Position numbers and translations under genes: made by a program. This document shows, piece by piece, positions 1 through 13,118 of a DNA stretch of 64,000 nucleotides. Position 1 is the stretch's first letter. Every line of letters begins with the position of its first letter. Source of the DNA: Octopus sinensis (Eukaryota); assembly GCF_006345805.1 (NCBI RefSeq), contig NC_042998.1:1984001-2048000 (forward strand), written 5' to 3'. The notes under the pieces are model-generated. The model searched no databases. It worked only from the letters and a program-made list of their open reading frames with translations, and had not been told where the DNA came from.

Positions 1-27
1 ACATATTTATTAATGGAATTAAATTAG

Positions 28-228
28 CCCTTTAGCATTTCCAGCTCAAGTATTCTGCCTATTTTATGTTCAGATCAACCAGACCCAGCCTCTTGCACAT
101 CTCCTATGATGTCATTCAAAAAAAATATTATTGCAGCATTGGAATTTTAAAGCTGTGAGACGATGTATGTCAAATTCAAAACAATGTGAATGAATACACA
201 TTATATTTGACATTTGAATGCTAAAGTG
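28..228. mobile_element. piggyBac-like MITE (other copies at about 17498-17698, 25105-25310, 56305-56503)
   Basis: CCCTTTAGCATT-type TIRs next to TTAA-like sites; about 200 bp; four copies in the window. Confidence 0.7.
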
Positions 229-495
229 TTAAACTATTACTGACATCATAAGAATTTTTATAAACTTTCAAGCAAACCTGAATTCTTTTTGGAATAATAG
301 TTCTTGGAACACATAACATACAGCTATAAAGTTACCATTTAAACATTGAGCTGGAAAACTCTTTTAGATAGAAAAAGTTGAAGGCTACTTTCAAATTTTC
401 TATCCAGAAGGATTTTATAATCCAATAACTTTCAATAAATCTAATTTTTATTTGTAACTAATTCAGCATTTAACTCTTAATTTTTTAACTCACAG

Positions 496-638
496 TTCCT
501 TGTATTCGGTTAGCCAAATACAAAGATGTTACGGATGGTACTTATCCAACAGTATTAGCAGAATTTTCATCTGTTGTAGCTGATACTCAGCAGTATATTG
601 TATCCGAGAGGGAAGAAAAGAACGATTCTGAACTGGAG
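496..638 (+). CDS. Penultimate exon of an unidentified gene entering from the left
   Basis: Flanked by cacag| and |gtaagg. Open frame ..PCIRLAKYKDVTDGTYPTVLAEFSSVVADTQQYIVSEREEKNDSELE ends in phase 0, compatible with the exon at 4034. Confidence 0.7.
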
Positions 639-1544
639 GTAAGGTTTGCAAGGGATGCATTTCATTGTTCTATTGTGAAACCTTGAATTTATACCCAACA
701 TCATCTCATAATCATCATTTTAACATCCACTTTTCCATGCTTGTATGGGTCAAACAGTCTACCGAGGCAGATTATTTTTACAGCTGGATGCCCTTCTTGT
801 TACCATCCTGTTTAGAAGGTAATATTTTACCGTGGCCAGACATGTCCTTGCAGAATATTGGAAATGAATGTCTCTACCTGTATGACAGTGACAAGCATTT
901 TACAACTATCACACAATGTCAAGACAAGGAGACACAAGCATGCATGCACACAGGCGCACGGGGACACACACACATCTCTTTTAGTTTCCATGTACCAAAT
1001 CCACTAACAAGGTTTTGGCTGGCCAAGGGCTATAGTAGAACTTATTTGCCCACCATGTGGTTGGGAAGCACACTTGTTACCATACGGCCATGCTGGTGCC
1101 TCAGTATTATAAATACATACACAACAATGGATATGAAGTTAAAGTACTGGACTATTGACCACATGGTTAATAAGTTTAGATCTTTTTGTATACTTTTCTG
1201 CTTGTTTCAGTTCACTTGACTGGACAAAATCAGGCCCTAATCCTGCTTCAGCTCAGTAAAGTTTTCAACTGCATCTGGCATGCTAATCTCCTCTCAAAAC
1301 TTCCCACTTATATACCCCAGCTATCTCTCATGTGATGGACTAATTTCATTTTGTCCAGTCGTAGCCAGGGCTGATAGAATTCTTTCTGATCTCCACAAAT
1401 ACTTGAATGTTCGCAGCATTTGATTCCCCCTCCTTCTTTCTTCCTTTTACACATCAGTTACCTACTTGGTGTCACCTCCAACAGCACCCACTCTCACACC
1501 TGACATTACCTTGTATCCTTCACTGAATCTGCAAACAGATACCT

Positions 1545-2591
1545 TATGAGAGTAGGCTGACCAAAATACTCTAATGGAGGGTGACTAAATGTGATTTATT
1601 TTTCAACATAGTCCCCCTCGTGGTCCATCAATACTGCAGTGCTAGGATCCCATTCGTGAAGATGCTTTCATCCTGTTGGTCAAAAAAGTTATCAACATCA
1701 GATATGTCATCATCACTGTGATGCTGGTTTCCAGCTAAGAGTTTGTTTCGTATTGGGAAACAGCTGATAGTCAGATGGAGTCAAATCAAGAGAATAAGGA
1801 GGGTGGTCAACCAGATCGAAGCCACAGTCATGTACAGCAGCCATTGAAACCAAGGACTTGTGTGCTGAAGCATTGTCATGATGAACAAGGCCTCTTTTAT
1901 CGGTTTTCCTGGGCATAGTAGTCTCCATTGATAGAATGGTCCTTTTTGAAGGTAGCTTTCACTGGATGGAATGTCACTTAGGGTCAAAGTGATGAAGCCA
2001 ACACTCATCCTGGGTGAGGAAATGTTCAAGGAAACCAACTGGATGTGCCTCAAACAATGTCAGATTTCCTCATGATGTGATCAGCTTGGTGCACTTTTGA
2101 CTTGGTGTCAGAAGCTGTGGCACCTGCCGAGCAGAAACATTCATTATTTCAAGTTCATTGTGCAGAATATTCTCAACTCTTATGGAATATGCTAGTGGTA
2201 TTGGCTATTTGATTTATAGTCAATCGCCTGTCATCCTTCACCATGTGGTGAATATGATCAATGTTTTTCTCAGTGGTGACAGTTGCAGGATGCTCAGACC
2301 TTTTGTCATCTTCAAGGGTCTCCGTTCCCCTCCTAAATTCAGCTGCCCACTTTTGCACTGTTGATAACATTGAAGCATCATCCCTTAATGTAGCAACCAT
2401 GCCAGCATGAATGTCCTTGGGGCTAAACCGTTTTTCTGCAGGTATTAGATAACAGCACAATGCTAAATTTTGTTCATTTTCAAAAGAAGTCGCTACTAAT
2501 TACCTTTGAAGTCTTTTTTTGAACAGTCAAGATGTCAGTTTACCTGAATCACTCCTCCATACTCTGCCTATTTTTTCAGCTCACCCTCATA
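1545..2591 (-). mobile_element. Degenerate mariner (DD34D) transposon
   Basis: HHDNASAH and HPPYSLDLTPSDYQLF motifs; imperfect TIRs (TGAGAGTAGGCTGA / TCAGCTCACCCTCA) flanked by TA. Confidence 0.85.
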
Positions 2592-3477
2592 AAAACATCT
2601 TCCAATAGAGATTGTGTGCCAATTTTGTTTTCTTCAACAGCAAAAGAACACATTCTGAATGCCAAGCCTCACTGAGGGGGTCTCCCTTGGCAAATGCATG
2701 TCCTTAACATAGCAAAGAATGTGCTGCAAAAGACTAACCATTTCAGTCCAAAACCAAAAATTACTTCATCTCTTAACAACTACTAACCTCCTACAAAACA
2801 CAGGTGAAATCCTTATTGGGTCCTGCTCTTGCATGCAGTACAGTCCTGCTAAAACACAGATATTCTATACTTCATCCAGACTGGCATGATGTCACACAGG
2901 GACACATTCCAGACCTTCATTCACAGCTGTTCTGTCTTCTCTCTCTTTCTTTTATAGCACTCCTACAAAGGCCCCTATTCCTTTGACCCAGCTGGTCTCG
3001 TATGACCTTCACTTTAGCTCTTTCACCTCATTTGTCCCGTCTCCTTTCATTGCCTATTTTATGTCCCACCCTCAGTCCCTCTCTCCCACCACATTAACTC
3101 TAAACAATTCCCACCTTGCACTTCTCTTTCCTGCAACCAACAACTTGCAAAAGTTTAAAGAACATCATCAATGGCATCAGCCTGACCAGTTTTTGAAAAC
3201 CTACTCAGCTCCTTCTTTTTAACCTGACAAACATATAAAAAAATGTACATAAAATTCGTCTTGTGACAGTCAAAAGAAAGAATTATTTTATGTATTAACA
3301 CTTGCATGTATGATTGCCTTTATGTCCATAAAATTTCAAGAGCCAGGTATCTGCAAGATAGGAAGTAGGGACTATTTGGTAGGCATTTAATGTGGCAAGG
3401 CTTATATTTTACATTCAGATTCATTTGAGAGAAGTGATATTGACACATCAATCATATGAAAGTGAAAAGATTTATCT

Positions 3478-3890
3478 TCATCATCATCATTTAGCGTCCG
3501 CTTTCCATGCTAGCATGTGTTGGACGGTTCAACTGGGGTCTGTGAAGCCAGAAGGCTGCATCAGGCCCAGTCTGATCTGGCAGTGTTTCTATGGCTGGAT
3601 GCCCTTCCAAACGCCAACCACTCCGTGAGTGTAGTGGGTGCTTTTTACGTGCCACCCGCACAGGTGCCAGACGGAGCTGGCAAACAGCTACGAACGGATG
3701 GTGCTTTTACGTGCCACCGGCACAGGGGCCAGGCGAGGCTGGCAACGGCCACGAACGGATGGTGCTTTTATGTGCCACCGGCACAGGGGCCAGGTGAGGC
3801 TGGCAACGGCCACGAACGGATGGTGCTACGTGCCACCGGCACGGGGACCAGGCAAGGCTGGCAACGGACACGAACGGATGGTGCTTTTAC
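3478..3890 (-). mobile_element. RTE 3'-end derived repeat/SINE with an internal ~60-bp VNTR
   Basis: Homologous to the LINE 3' UTR at 28024-28330; (CAT)n tail. Confidence 0.85.
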
Positions 3891-4033
3891 AATTAGATCA
3901 AAAGTATGAAGAGGAGAAAGACTGCTTAAAATAAATGCTGTTCTGCCTGAATTATTAACAGGATAAATTATTTGAAGCAAAACAAAATGTAATTTGAAAC
4001 TGTATTGACTTCTTTGTTTTTCTTTTTTTCTAG

Positions 4034-4759
4034 ACTGCTGAATATGTAGTGCTGCATACAAATTTATCATCAGATGAAATTATTCAGAATGTAGAAATCA
4101 GTGCCAATGCGCATGATGTGCAGCACTCAATGTTGGAAGCCACAGGGTCTGAGGAAACTGCATCGTACATAGTAGTGAGCACAGGTTCGCAAGAAAACAA
4201 CCTGGACATGCTTGACATCCAAGCTGTGGAGAGTTTAATTCTGCCTGCTGAAGAGCAGGTTGTCCAGCAGTCGGACATTGAAGTGAGTGTTGTTAACGAG
4301 GAGAACGAACAGATTGTTGAGACGAACGGTGACTGCAGTGGAGAGCATCACGTCAGCGATATTGTCAATAACAACGATAGCATTGTAGATAACAATGAGA
4401 ACATTGATCAGAGCAATGACATTAATACGGTTGAGGATTTACAAACGGTAACACTAGTTCAACAGGCCATTCCTACTGAGAACAATGAAATCCATGCTAT
4501 TGCAGTGGCCCCACAAGAGGAAAACACTGTATGTGTTTCAACATCAGACACCATTCACCAGGCTGTTATAACGGTTGACATGGTAGATTCCTGTGGTCAG
4601 GAACAAACTCTAGACATATCTACTGATATGATGGCTACTTGCAGCCACGAACAATCCCTCGACATAGCTGCCGATATGATGGATCCTTGTAACCAGGAAC
4701 AATCTCTTGACATATCTTCTATCCAAGAAGTGAGTGCCATGGATGTGGATGAAAGCTGA
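4034..4759 (+). CDS. Terminal exon of an unidentified gene; acidic, low-complexity, probably disordered tail
   Basis: Polypyrimidine tract plus tag| acceptor at 4033; 241 open codons (TAEYVVLHTNLSSDE...MDVDES*). No recognisable domain. Confidence 0.75.
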   Translation, partial: TAEYVVLHTNLSSDEIIQNVEISANAHDVQHSMLEATGSEETASYIVVSTGSQENNLDMLDIQAVESLILPAEEQVVQQSDIEVSVVNEENEQIVETNGDCSGEHHVSDIVNNNDSIVDNNENIDQSNDINTVEDLQTVTLVQQAIPTENNEIHAIAVAPQEENTVCVSTSDTIHQAVITVDMVDSCGQEQTLDISTDMMATCSHEQSLDIAADMMDPCNQEQSLDISSIQEVSAMDVDES

Positions 4760-7566
4760 CATTAAAAATATTATTGTGTGTATATGTGACTGTTAATGCT
4801 GGAAGATTCGTCTGACTTCCTGCAGAACTGTTATGAGATCTTTCTATTCACTTGTATGAAAGAAAGAAAGAAAAGCAAAAAGAAGTCTGGGCAAATATAT
4901 TTTTATCAGGAAAAAAACTAAATATGAAGAGTATATTCTTCCCGTGTCATCAAAAAATCTTGACAGTATTAAAAATGATACAAAAGGAATGATACTCCAG
5001 TAAAAATGGGAAACTTAAATGGTTAACTCATAATATGAAACCAAACAATAAAAGAATCTTTTATAAAATATCTTTGATTTTTCTTGAATTTCTACAAAAT
5101 TGATCATCATTTTAACAGCCATTTCTCCATGCCTGCATTGACCAGTTTATTGAGGCAGATTTTTTATGATGGATGCCCTTCCTGTTGCCAACCCTTACTC
5201 GTTTCTAAGCAAGGTAATATTTTTCTGTAGTCAGACATGTTTTCCCTCAATATTGGAAATGAATGTCATTCATTTACATGACATGTCAAGATGAGAAAAA
5301 AAAAACATGGGTACACATACACACGGTGGGCTTCTTTCAGTTTCTTATTTCTTTATTGCCCACAAGGCAATATTGCTAAACATAGAGGGGACAAACAAGG
5401 ACAGACAAACGGATTAAGTCAATTACATTGACTCCAGTGTGTAACTGGTACTTAATTTATCGGCCCTGAAAGGATGAAAGGCAAAGTCAACCTCAGCAGA
5501 ATTTGAACTCAGAAAGTAACAGCAGACGAAATACCGCTAAGCATTTCGCCCGGCATGCTAACGTTTCTGCCTACCAAATCCACTCACAGCTGGATGCCCT
5601 TCCTAACACCAACCCCTCAGTAGAGTGGATTTAGTGCTTTTTACATACAGCTGAATGCCTTTCCAAATGCCAACCACTTCACAGTGTGGATGGCATACTT
5701 TTTAAGTGGCACCTGCACTGACCGGATCGCCAAGTACCTTGCAAGACAAAAAACAATCTTTTGAGAGGGGAGGGGATCTTGTGTCAGATGAAAGGTTATA
5801 GTGAGGCAGAAACAGGTGTCTTGCTATAGAAGAGGTACAAGGTTACCCAGCCGGAGAGAAAGAGATGAGGAATGATGACAGAAAAAGACGTGCTTCCACA
5901 AAGGAGAAACATGATTACCCAAACTGAGGGAAGTGCTGGAGAAGGAGAGAGAGAGAGAGTGTGGGAAAGTTCTGGGCATACTCCCAAGGGACAGGAATCC
6001 GAATGGAAACGGGACATTTGAGTAAAGGAAGAGAGATATAGATGGTGGCAAGTGCCAAGACACACCCTTGAGGTTTGAACGTCATAATATATAAGTGGCA
6101 AGGTATTGCTAAGGAAGTGCGATTAGAGAGTGCAGAGGGTCCAGTGGCGAAAACTTGGGTGTATATAGAGTGGTGGGGGTGGGTTACTGGATAGCAATCA
6201 TACAGAGAAACAGTTCCAGGAATTGAACCCATGACTTTATGATCAAGAGCTTAACCACTAGGCCATCTTTTTCTACTGGTCACTTTGCTGAACCACTAAG
6301 TTACAGAGATGCAAAGACACCAACACTGGTCATTGGGGAACAAAGACAAAGAAACATAGATATATATACATATATATATGATGGGCTTCTTTCAGTTTCT
6401 ATCTACAAAGTCCACTCAGAAGGCTTTGGTCAGCCTGAGGCTATAGTAGAAGACACTTTATTTGGTGCCTGGAGGGGGGCTGGACCCTGAGAACCATGTG
6501 GTTAGGAAGCAAGCTTCTTACCACACATCCATGCCTGTATGTATGTGTTGTCTCCTACCACTGCTTGACAACCAGAGTTGGTTTGTTTACATCCCCAGTT
6601 CAACCAAAGAGACCGGTAGAATAACTACCTAACTTAAATATAAATACTAGGGTCAACTTGTTCGACCAAGAGTTTCAAGGCGGAGTTTTCTACAGCCAGA
6701 TGCCCCTCATTAACAACCCTCACTTTCTGTGTGAGGTAATATTTTCCCACTCCACTGAACAACAATGATCCCAGATTTGTTTACATGGAAGACTGGAAAC
6801 AAAGGATGCCATCAGTGAGCCATTGTTTACAACCAGCAAAATACATGAAAAGGGAAATTACAAACTCAAACACACACAGACATATACACACACAATGGGC
6901 TTCTTTCTGTTACCATGTACCTCTCTCTCTTTTACTCTTTTACCAAATCCACTCAAAAAGCTGTGGACTGACCCTAAAATTGTGGTTGGGAAGTCGACTT
7001 TTTAATCACACAGCCATCCCTGTGCCTCAAATATAAACCAGCTGTGAAGATAAGCATCAAATGTCTGAAACTGAATGGAAGTGGGAAAATCAAAATTTCA
7101 AAATAATTTAAGATATATCAGATTATTTTGTTAGTTATGAAAAACAAAAGGACAAGAAAAATCAATATCAGACTTTTATTTCATTGATTAGTTTGAAAAG
7201 CATTCAGAAACACACACACATACATACACACATATATTAAAGTGTCTCTTCAAGTTACTACTTGAGCATTTCTTGCAAAGTTATCTCTTATCACTGTCAT
7301 AACATTAACATTCAATCATTAAATTATCTCTAGCTTCAGTTGTCAGCTTCATATGTACACCAGCATGATTGGGAGGAAACCTCTACATGGTTGCTTGATC
7401 TGCCAAAAATAGCAGCAACATTTTGTCTCTGTCTTAAAAAAGGAAGGACAATAGTGTCTGCAATACACTACCCAAATTTAAAGAAAATTTTCCACAAAAT
7501 CAAAATGTTACCAGCACAATTTGAATATATATATTTTTTATAAAACTACAAATATAGAAGGTGTTT

Positions 7567-9867
7567 TTATAAAGACACCGTTTCTTGTGTCTTGTCTGTT
7601 TTATTTAAGTACGTTAACCAATGTTGACGAAGGTGATTATCAGTGCCTGTACCTCGCTTCAGTTCAAGTTTTTCCAGAAGTAATAACAAAACTGGTCTAT
7701 TTTCTTGTAAAAGGTCCGGATAAAATAAGAACAACTTATTCCAGAGTTGACTGAGACTAGCAGGAAAATTGGCAAAATAGTCAGTCAAAAACTGATTAAG
7801 TATTTCTAATAATTCTTTACAAGGTACTTCTGTTGAATACTGGTAACACGCTTTCAGGAGAAGGTTTAACACCTGTGTTGTACTTTGTCTAAGTTGAGGA
7901 GTTTTTGTGAGTAAATAGCATTCCAGAAGTGGTCGAAGCAGTAACAGTGTGTCTTTAGCGACATCTTCCGTCGATTCTGTCATATCAATAACTTCTCCAA
8001 TAAACTGAACACCAATAGTTGTAGATTCAGGAAGTTTTAAGCCCTCGGCTTTCAGGACATTTTCCTGTAAAGTTGCCCAAATAAAATTTCGAAAGTTTCT
8101 CATGTTACAAATGCTATTTGTAACCAGTCTATCTGTAAGTAAATGTACCAAAGGATGAGGTTTTAGTTGAAATGTGAAATTAGTTTGTTCTCCACCACTA
8201 CGTTTCAATGGAAACCTTGGCAAATATTGCAGAACTATGTCTTTAAGTCTTCGTTGGACATATGGGGCATATCGGCTGCTGATTTTACTCAAACCCGAAA
8301 CAAATAAATGAAGCGTGTCATGTACAACTGACTTTATGATTGGGTTGAGAGGCTTGGAAGGGTTAAATAAAGAATGGGGGAAGAGCAAGCAATCAATGAC
8401 CTGCTGCAAAGAAGGAACATTAAACAACAAAGGGGCACAGAACTTTACAAGGTTCCCTATTGTAGAATATATATGCTTTACAACCGACATATTCGAGGGA
8501 TTATCAAGAAGTGGTTGTATACTAATACTGATATCTTCAAAAAATAGCTTAATATCCTCTTTCAATTTCATTTTGTCTTCCCAGCTGACAGTAATTTCAT
8601 GAGCCTTTGCAAACATTTTGAAAAGTTCTATCAAAACTTCACATTCACTTGTAAGATCTGTCTTATTTACTACAGAACAGATTCTTTTAATGATAGGCAA
8701 ATCTAACACATATTTGGTCACAACTTCAAGTTGTCTTGAGGGAACAGGTCCTAACAATAAACAACATCTAAGCCAGCTATGGATTAGTTTAATCTGGAGT
8801 GAGCCTTTAAGAAACTGATCTTCACTAGTTTCTAGATTTTCAGTGACAGATGGTTCTGCCAAAACATGTCCAAGGAAACGGCAAGTAACCGACACATTGA
8901 TAGATATATCACAAACAAATTTGGAGAAGACTGAGGAAAAACTGGGACTCCAGTCAGGGAGTGTAAGTGAAAGGCAGAGGAACTGAGCTGCAAGGTCAGC
9001 AATTTCGGGCAGTGCTTTCGGAGATTTGGCTTCACTCTCAACAAATGGGAAAGCAGTTACCCACATACTTTGTGCCATCTGTTCATGGTGGTCGTTTGGT
9101 ATGAATATATCTCCTTCAGTTTCTTGTTGGGTTTTGACCAAGGAAAGCAGCTTTGACAGAACTGCACTAAACAAAACAACCATGCTACATATTTCAAAAT
9201 TATGGCAAACTGTTAAAATGAGATTGATGTCTTTTGAAATGAGTTTATATTCAGATAAAGTGAATTCAGGACTAGAATCAATTAAGTCTTGTAAACAATC
9301 TATATAAACTTTAAGGACATCCCACAGATCTCTTCGCTTGTGCACATCGATGGAATCTGATGCAAATTTACTACTTATGTAATTCAGCAATGGTATTATT
9401 CTGTCAATTGCAGCACTACAGTCATGATTCCAGTGCATGAAAATGGACATTCCTGCATAAATTCCCTTTATTATAACACATTGGCGCTTGGTATCAGCTA
9501 ATCGAAAGTCAATCATGTTGTAAAAATCGAACAGAGATCGCAGTAGCTGCTCATCGTGTGTGCATAATGTTAAGCTGAGAAACAGCTTGGTGAAATGTGT
9601 AAGACCAGGTTCTGTCAGTTCTTGCATTCCTCGTTGATGGAACTTTGATAAGAGTCGTCCTTTAAAATTCCGCCAGGCTGAATTGTTCCCATCATTAACA
9701 AATGCTTTGAGTTGTTGACATGTTAGGTAAAGAAATAGGTGGAAACTATTTCCTTTAGAAAGAGTAGCTAAATCAAAGTCTTTATTATTTAGCTCCAAGC
9801 ATTCTTCAAATAATTCACGAGCAGTTTTAACTTTGATGACCATGCCAGATAATCCAGATGTATTAAC
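7567..9867 (-). CDS. MMS22L: MMS22-like protein, exon 3 (766 codons plus TAA)
   Basis: Acceptor ttcttacag|GTT, then an uninterrupted helical-repeat-like frame. Spliced total is about 1254 aa, close to known MMS22L length. Confidence 0.9.
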   Translation of the reverse strand, partial: VNTSGLSGMVIKVKTARELFEECLELNNKDFDLATLSKGNSFHLFLYLTCQQLKAFVNDGNNSAWRNFKGRLLSKFHQRGMQELTEPGLTHFTKLFLSLTLCTHDEQLLRSLFDFYNMIDFRLADTKRQCVIIKGIYAGMSIFMHWNHDCSAAIDRIIPLLNYISSKFASDSIDVHKRRDLWDVLKVYIDCLQDLIDSSPEFTLSEYKLISKDINLILTVCHNFEICSMVVLFSAVLSKLLSLVKTQQETEGDIFIPNDHHEQMAQSMWVTAFPFVESEAKSPKALPEIADLAAQFLCLSLTLPDWSPSFSSVFSKFVCDISINVSVTCRFLGHVLAEPSVTENLETSEDQFLKGSLQIKLIHSWLRCCLLLGPVPSRQLEVVTKYVLDLPIIKRICSVVNKTDLTSECEVLIELFKMFAKAHEITVSWEDKMKLKEDIKLFFEDISISIQPLLDNPSNMSVVKHIYSTIGNLVKFCAPLLFNVPSLQQVIDCLLFPHSLFNPSKPLNPIIKSVVHDTLHLFVSGLSKISSRYAPYVQRRLKDIVLQYLPRFPLKRSGGEQTNFTFQLKPHPLVHLLTDRLVTNSICNMRNFRNFIWATLQENVLKAEGLKLPESTTIGVQFIGEVIDMTESTEDVAKDTLLLLRPLLECYLLTKTPQLRQSTTQVLNLLLKACYQYSTEVPCKELLEILNQFLTDYFANFPASLSQLWNKLFLFYPDLLQENRPVLLLLLEKLELKRGTGTDNHLRQHWLTYLNKTDKTQETVSL

Positions 9868-9988
9868 CTGTAAGAAGTAAAAATGTGATCTTACAAAGAC
9901 ATTGTACAAGTATAGATACAAAACATAAATGTTGATATGGTCAAATACAAATTCTTAGTCTAAGGTAAAATGGAATTAATCAGATAGA

Positions 9989-10191
9989 TCATCATCATCA
10001 TCATCTGCATCATCGTTTAACGTCTGCTTTCCATGCGAGCATAGGTTGGACGATTTTGACTGAGGGCTGGCGAACCAGATGGCTGCACCAGGCTCCAATC
10101 TTGATCTGGCAGAGTTTCTACAGCTGGATGCCCTTCCTAACGCCAACCACTCCGAGAGTGTAGTGGGTACTTTTTACGTGCCACCGGCATG
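9989..10191 (-). mobile_element. RTE 3'-end derived repeat
   Basis: Same family as the copy at 3478. Confidence 0.85.
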
Positions 10192-11427
10192 TAAAGATCT
10201 ATTAAGAAAGCATCAACTTTATAACTGGTCAAAATCTTTGATGACAAACATTTATAGACAAAGTTGTTTTTTTTTCTATATATATATAATTACTATTTAG
10301 TAAGAAGGGCAGCACCATTGTGCACACATTTTGGTACTAGTCTACAGAAGAAATTTATAAGTACTCAAAAGGATCATTGGTTAAAATAAATGTAGTGTAA
10401 TAATAAATAATTACATTTATTATACATTCAGTGTGCAACATCAGGTTTTTGCTGTTAGAGGGAACAAAGTGCCCATAATTTCACATAGTGGCAAGATCAA
10501 TGCAGGGTAGTGGAAGAAAGATTTATAGATGAAGAGGAAAATCCTAAGGGATGCATAACTGGAGTAGAAGGAATAAGGAAAGTGTTTGATGCAGAAGTTT
10601 TCAAGGGAAACAAGAGATAAAAAAAAAAGTGGAGGAAGAGGCTGAACAAGAAAGTCCACTTAGCTTGTAACTTTTAAGCAGAGGTTGGCAAAGTGGTCAG
10701 TATTGACCCCTGGGGTGGTGGGGTATCTATGTATCTGTTCAAGGGGTTGATAAACACCTGAAACAATTTTGAGCATTATTGCCCTTCATGAATTTTGTTA
10801 AATCTCTTAAAATATTTCTCATTAAATGATTAAAAAAAATGGAAGAATTATTCTCTTTCAATCAAGAAATTTTTATTAATTATACTTTCTAATTTATTCT
10901 AGAAATTTACATGATGGGCTGATAAGTGATCAACAATTCTATGAAGGGATCAAAGATATAAAATATTTGTTGACCCTGGATTGAAGGAACAGAAGCCATT
11001 ATAGTAGGGGGAGTACCATCCTGATGAATGAATCACCAACTGGATGGGACTCATTTAAAACAGGGTGTGGTATAATATATTCAGCAGCATTTCTATGTAA
11101 AGTACGTCAGCAGTTTTTTTATTGTTTTGCAGTGTTGAAGAGGGTTAGCAACTTATGAAAACTGAAGTAATTTCTGTCTCTGAAGAGGAAGCCTGGTTTT
11201 CGTGATATCATATATGTAATGTTGCCATGCGAGAGGTGCAACCCCTGCTCTTGCCGGTTCTTGTTAAGCTGTCTGAATCATGCCAGCATGGAAAACTGAT
11301 GCTGAATGATGCTGATGATGTACATATGTAAGATTGCCACAAGAGATTATCAGAGATTGTGAGGCTAGCATGTGCAGGGACTTCATGAGTTGTTCATGGA
11401 TACTAAGATAGTACGAAATAAACTGAT

Positions 11428-11686
11428 TCATCATCATCATCATTTAACGTCCGCTTTCCATGCTGGCATGGGTTGGACGATTCAACTGGGGTCTGGGAAG
11501 CCAGGGGCTGCACCAGGCTCCAGTCTGATCCGGCAGAGTTTCTACAGCTGGATGCCCTTCCTAACGCCAACCACTCCGTGAGTGTAGTGGGTGCTTTTTA
11601 CGTGCCACCGGCACAGGTGCCAGACGAGGCTGGCAAACAGCCATGATCGGATGGTGCTTTTTACATGCCACCGGCATGGGGACCAT
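11428..11686 (-). mobile_element. RTE 3'-end derived repeat
   Basis: Same family as the copy at 3478. Confidence 0.85.
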
Positions 11687-12749
11687 GATATTCATGATAA
11701 AATCTATATGCAGTGTTGAGAGTCCCATGTTCTCAGTAAAGGAGGTCTTTGTAGTTCCTGCAGCATGATGATGTCCAAGTTGAATGTAGCTGGAGTATGA
11801 GTAGCAAAAGATTAAGACACCGGGAAGAGTAGTAACATTAAGTCTGTATGTATTTGCAAGTGTTCTCTCTTCACAAATCTATGGCTTGTGCCTCTGATAG
11901 CAATCATTGTTATTATCTGTAGTAAGGCAGAAAGCTAGCAAAATCATTATCAATCCAGACAAAGTGCTTTGTGACATTTCTTCCACCTTTACATTCTGTG
12001 TTCTAATTCCAGTGAGATCAACTTTGCTCTTCATCCTTTCGAGGTCAATAAAATGAGTACCAGTTGAGTACTGAGGTCAATGTAATCTACCAGTCTCCTA
12101 CCCCCAAAATTTCAGGCTTTCTGCCTACAACAGAAAGGATTATTATTATTATTATTATTATTATTAAAGCAGCAAGCTGGCGGTGTTGTTAGCACACTGG
12201 ATGAAATGCTTAGCAGTATTTCACCCACTGCTACATTCTGAGTTCAAATTCCGCCGAGGGTGACTTTGCCTTTCATCCTTTCGGGGTTGATAAATTAAGT
12301 GCCAGTGAAACACTGGGGGGAATCGATGAAAATGACTTATCCCCTCCCCCAAAATTTCAGGCCTTGTGCCTGTAGTAGAAAAGATTATCATCATTATCAT
12401 CAGTAGTAGTAGTAGTAGTAGTATGAAAAAAATCCCAGTAAAATTGAGTACTGGAGTTGATCTAATAGATGTGCCCCTTCCCTCAAAATAGAAAGAATAA
12501 TTAGAAGGTGATGAGCTGGCAGAATTATTAGCATACCTCTCAAAATGCTTGACAGCATTTCTTCCAGTTTTACTTTCAGAGTTCAAATACTGCCAAGATC
12601 GACTTGGCCTTTTATCCTTTCAGGTTCAATAAAATAAGGTAATAAAGTACCAATCAAGTACTGGGGTTGATCTAATTGACTGACCCTTTCCCCTTCAAAC
12701 TGCTGGCCTTGTGCCCAAATTAGAAAGAATTATTATTATAGTACTTTAC

Positions 12750-13118
12750 CTTAAAGGTGTTGTTTAGTTTACGAAAAAAGTAATTCCAAAGAACATTTAG
12801 AAATGTCAAATCTGCTTTCCACAATCGACAGATTTGTACGGAGCATAACATATAACATTGGAGCTCTTCCTCAGAAACTTGACCAGCGAGTAAACCTTTC
12901 ATTTGGCTGACAATTTCCTCATAATTGCTTTCAACATATCTCTGTCCAGTATCAAGTTTACCAAAATTGTTGAGTTTATAGAGTGGTGCCAAATGGAAAA
13001 TCATCCAGATGCAGAACCCAGGAATGTTTTTCAGCTCGTTTTTAGAGTAAAAGTTGGGAATAGTTCCTGCAGTTTTATCACCAGTTGCACTTGAAATCAA
13101 TTTATGTCCATTTATAAC
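12750..13118 (-). CDS. MMS22L: MMS22-like protein, exon 2 (123 codons)
   Basis: Acceptor ttttctag|GTT, donor AAG|GTAAAG, phase 0 on both sides. Contains PGFCIWMIFHLAPLY and LWNYFFRKLNNTFK. Confidence 0.9.
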
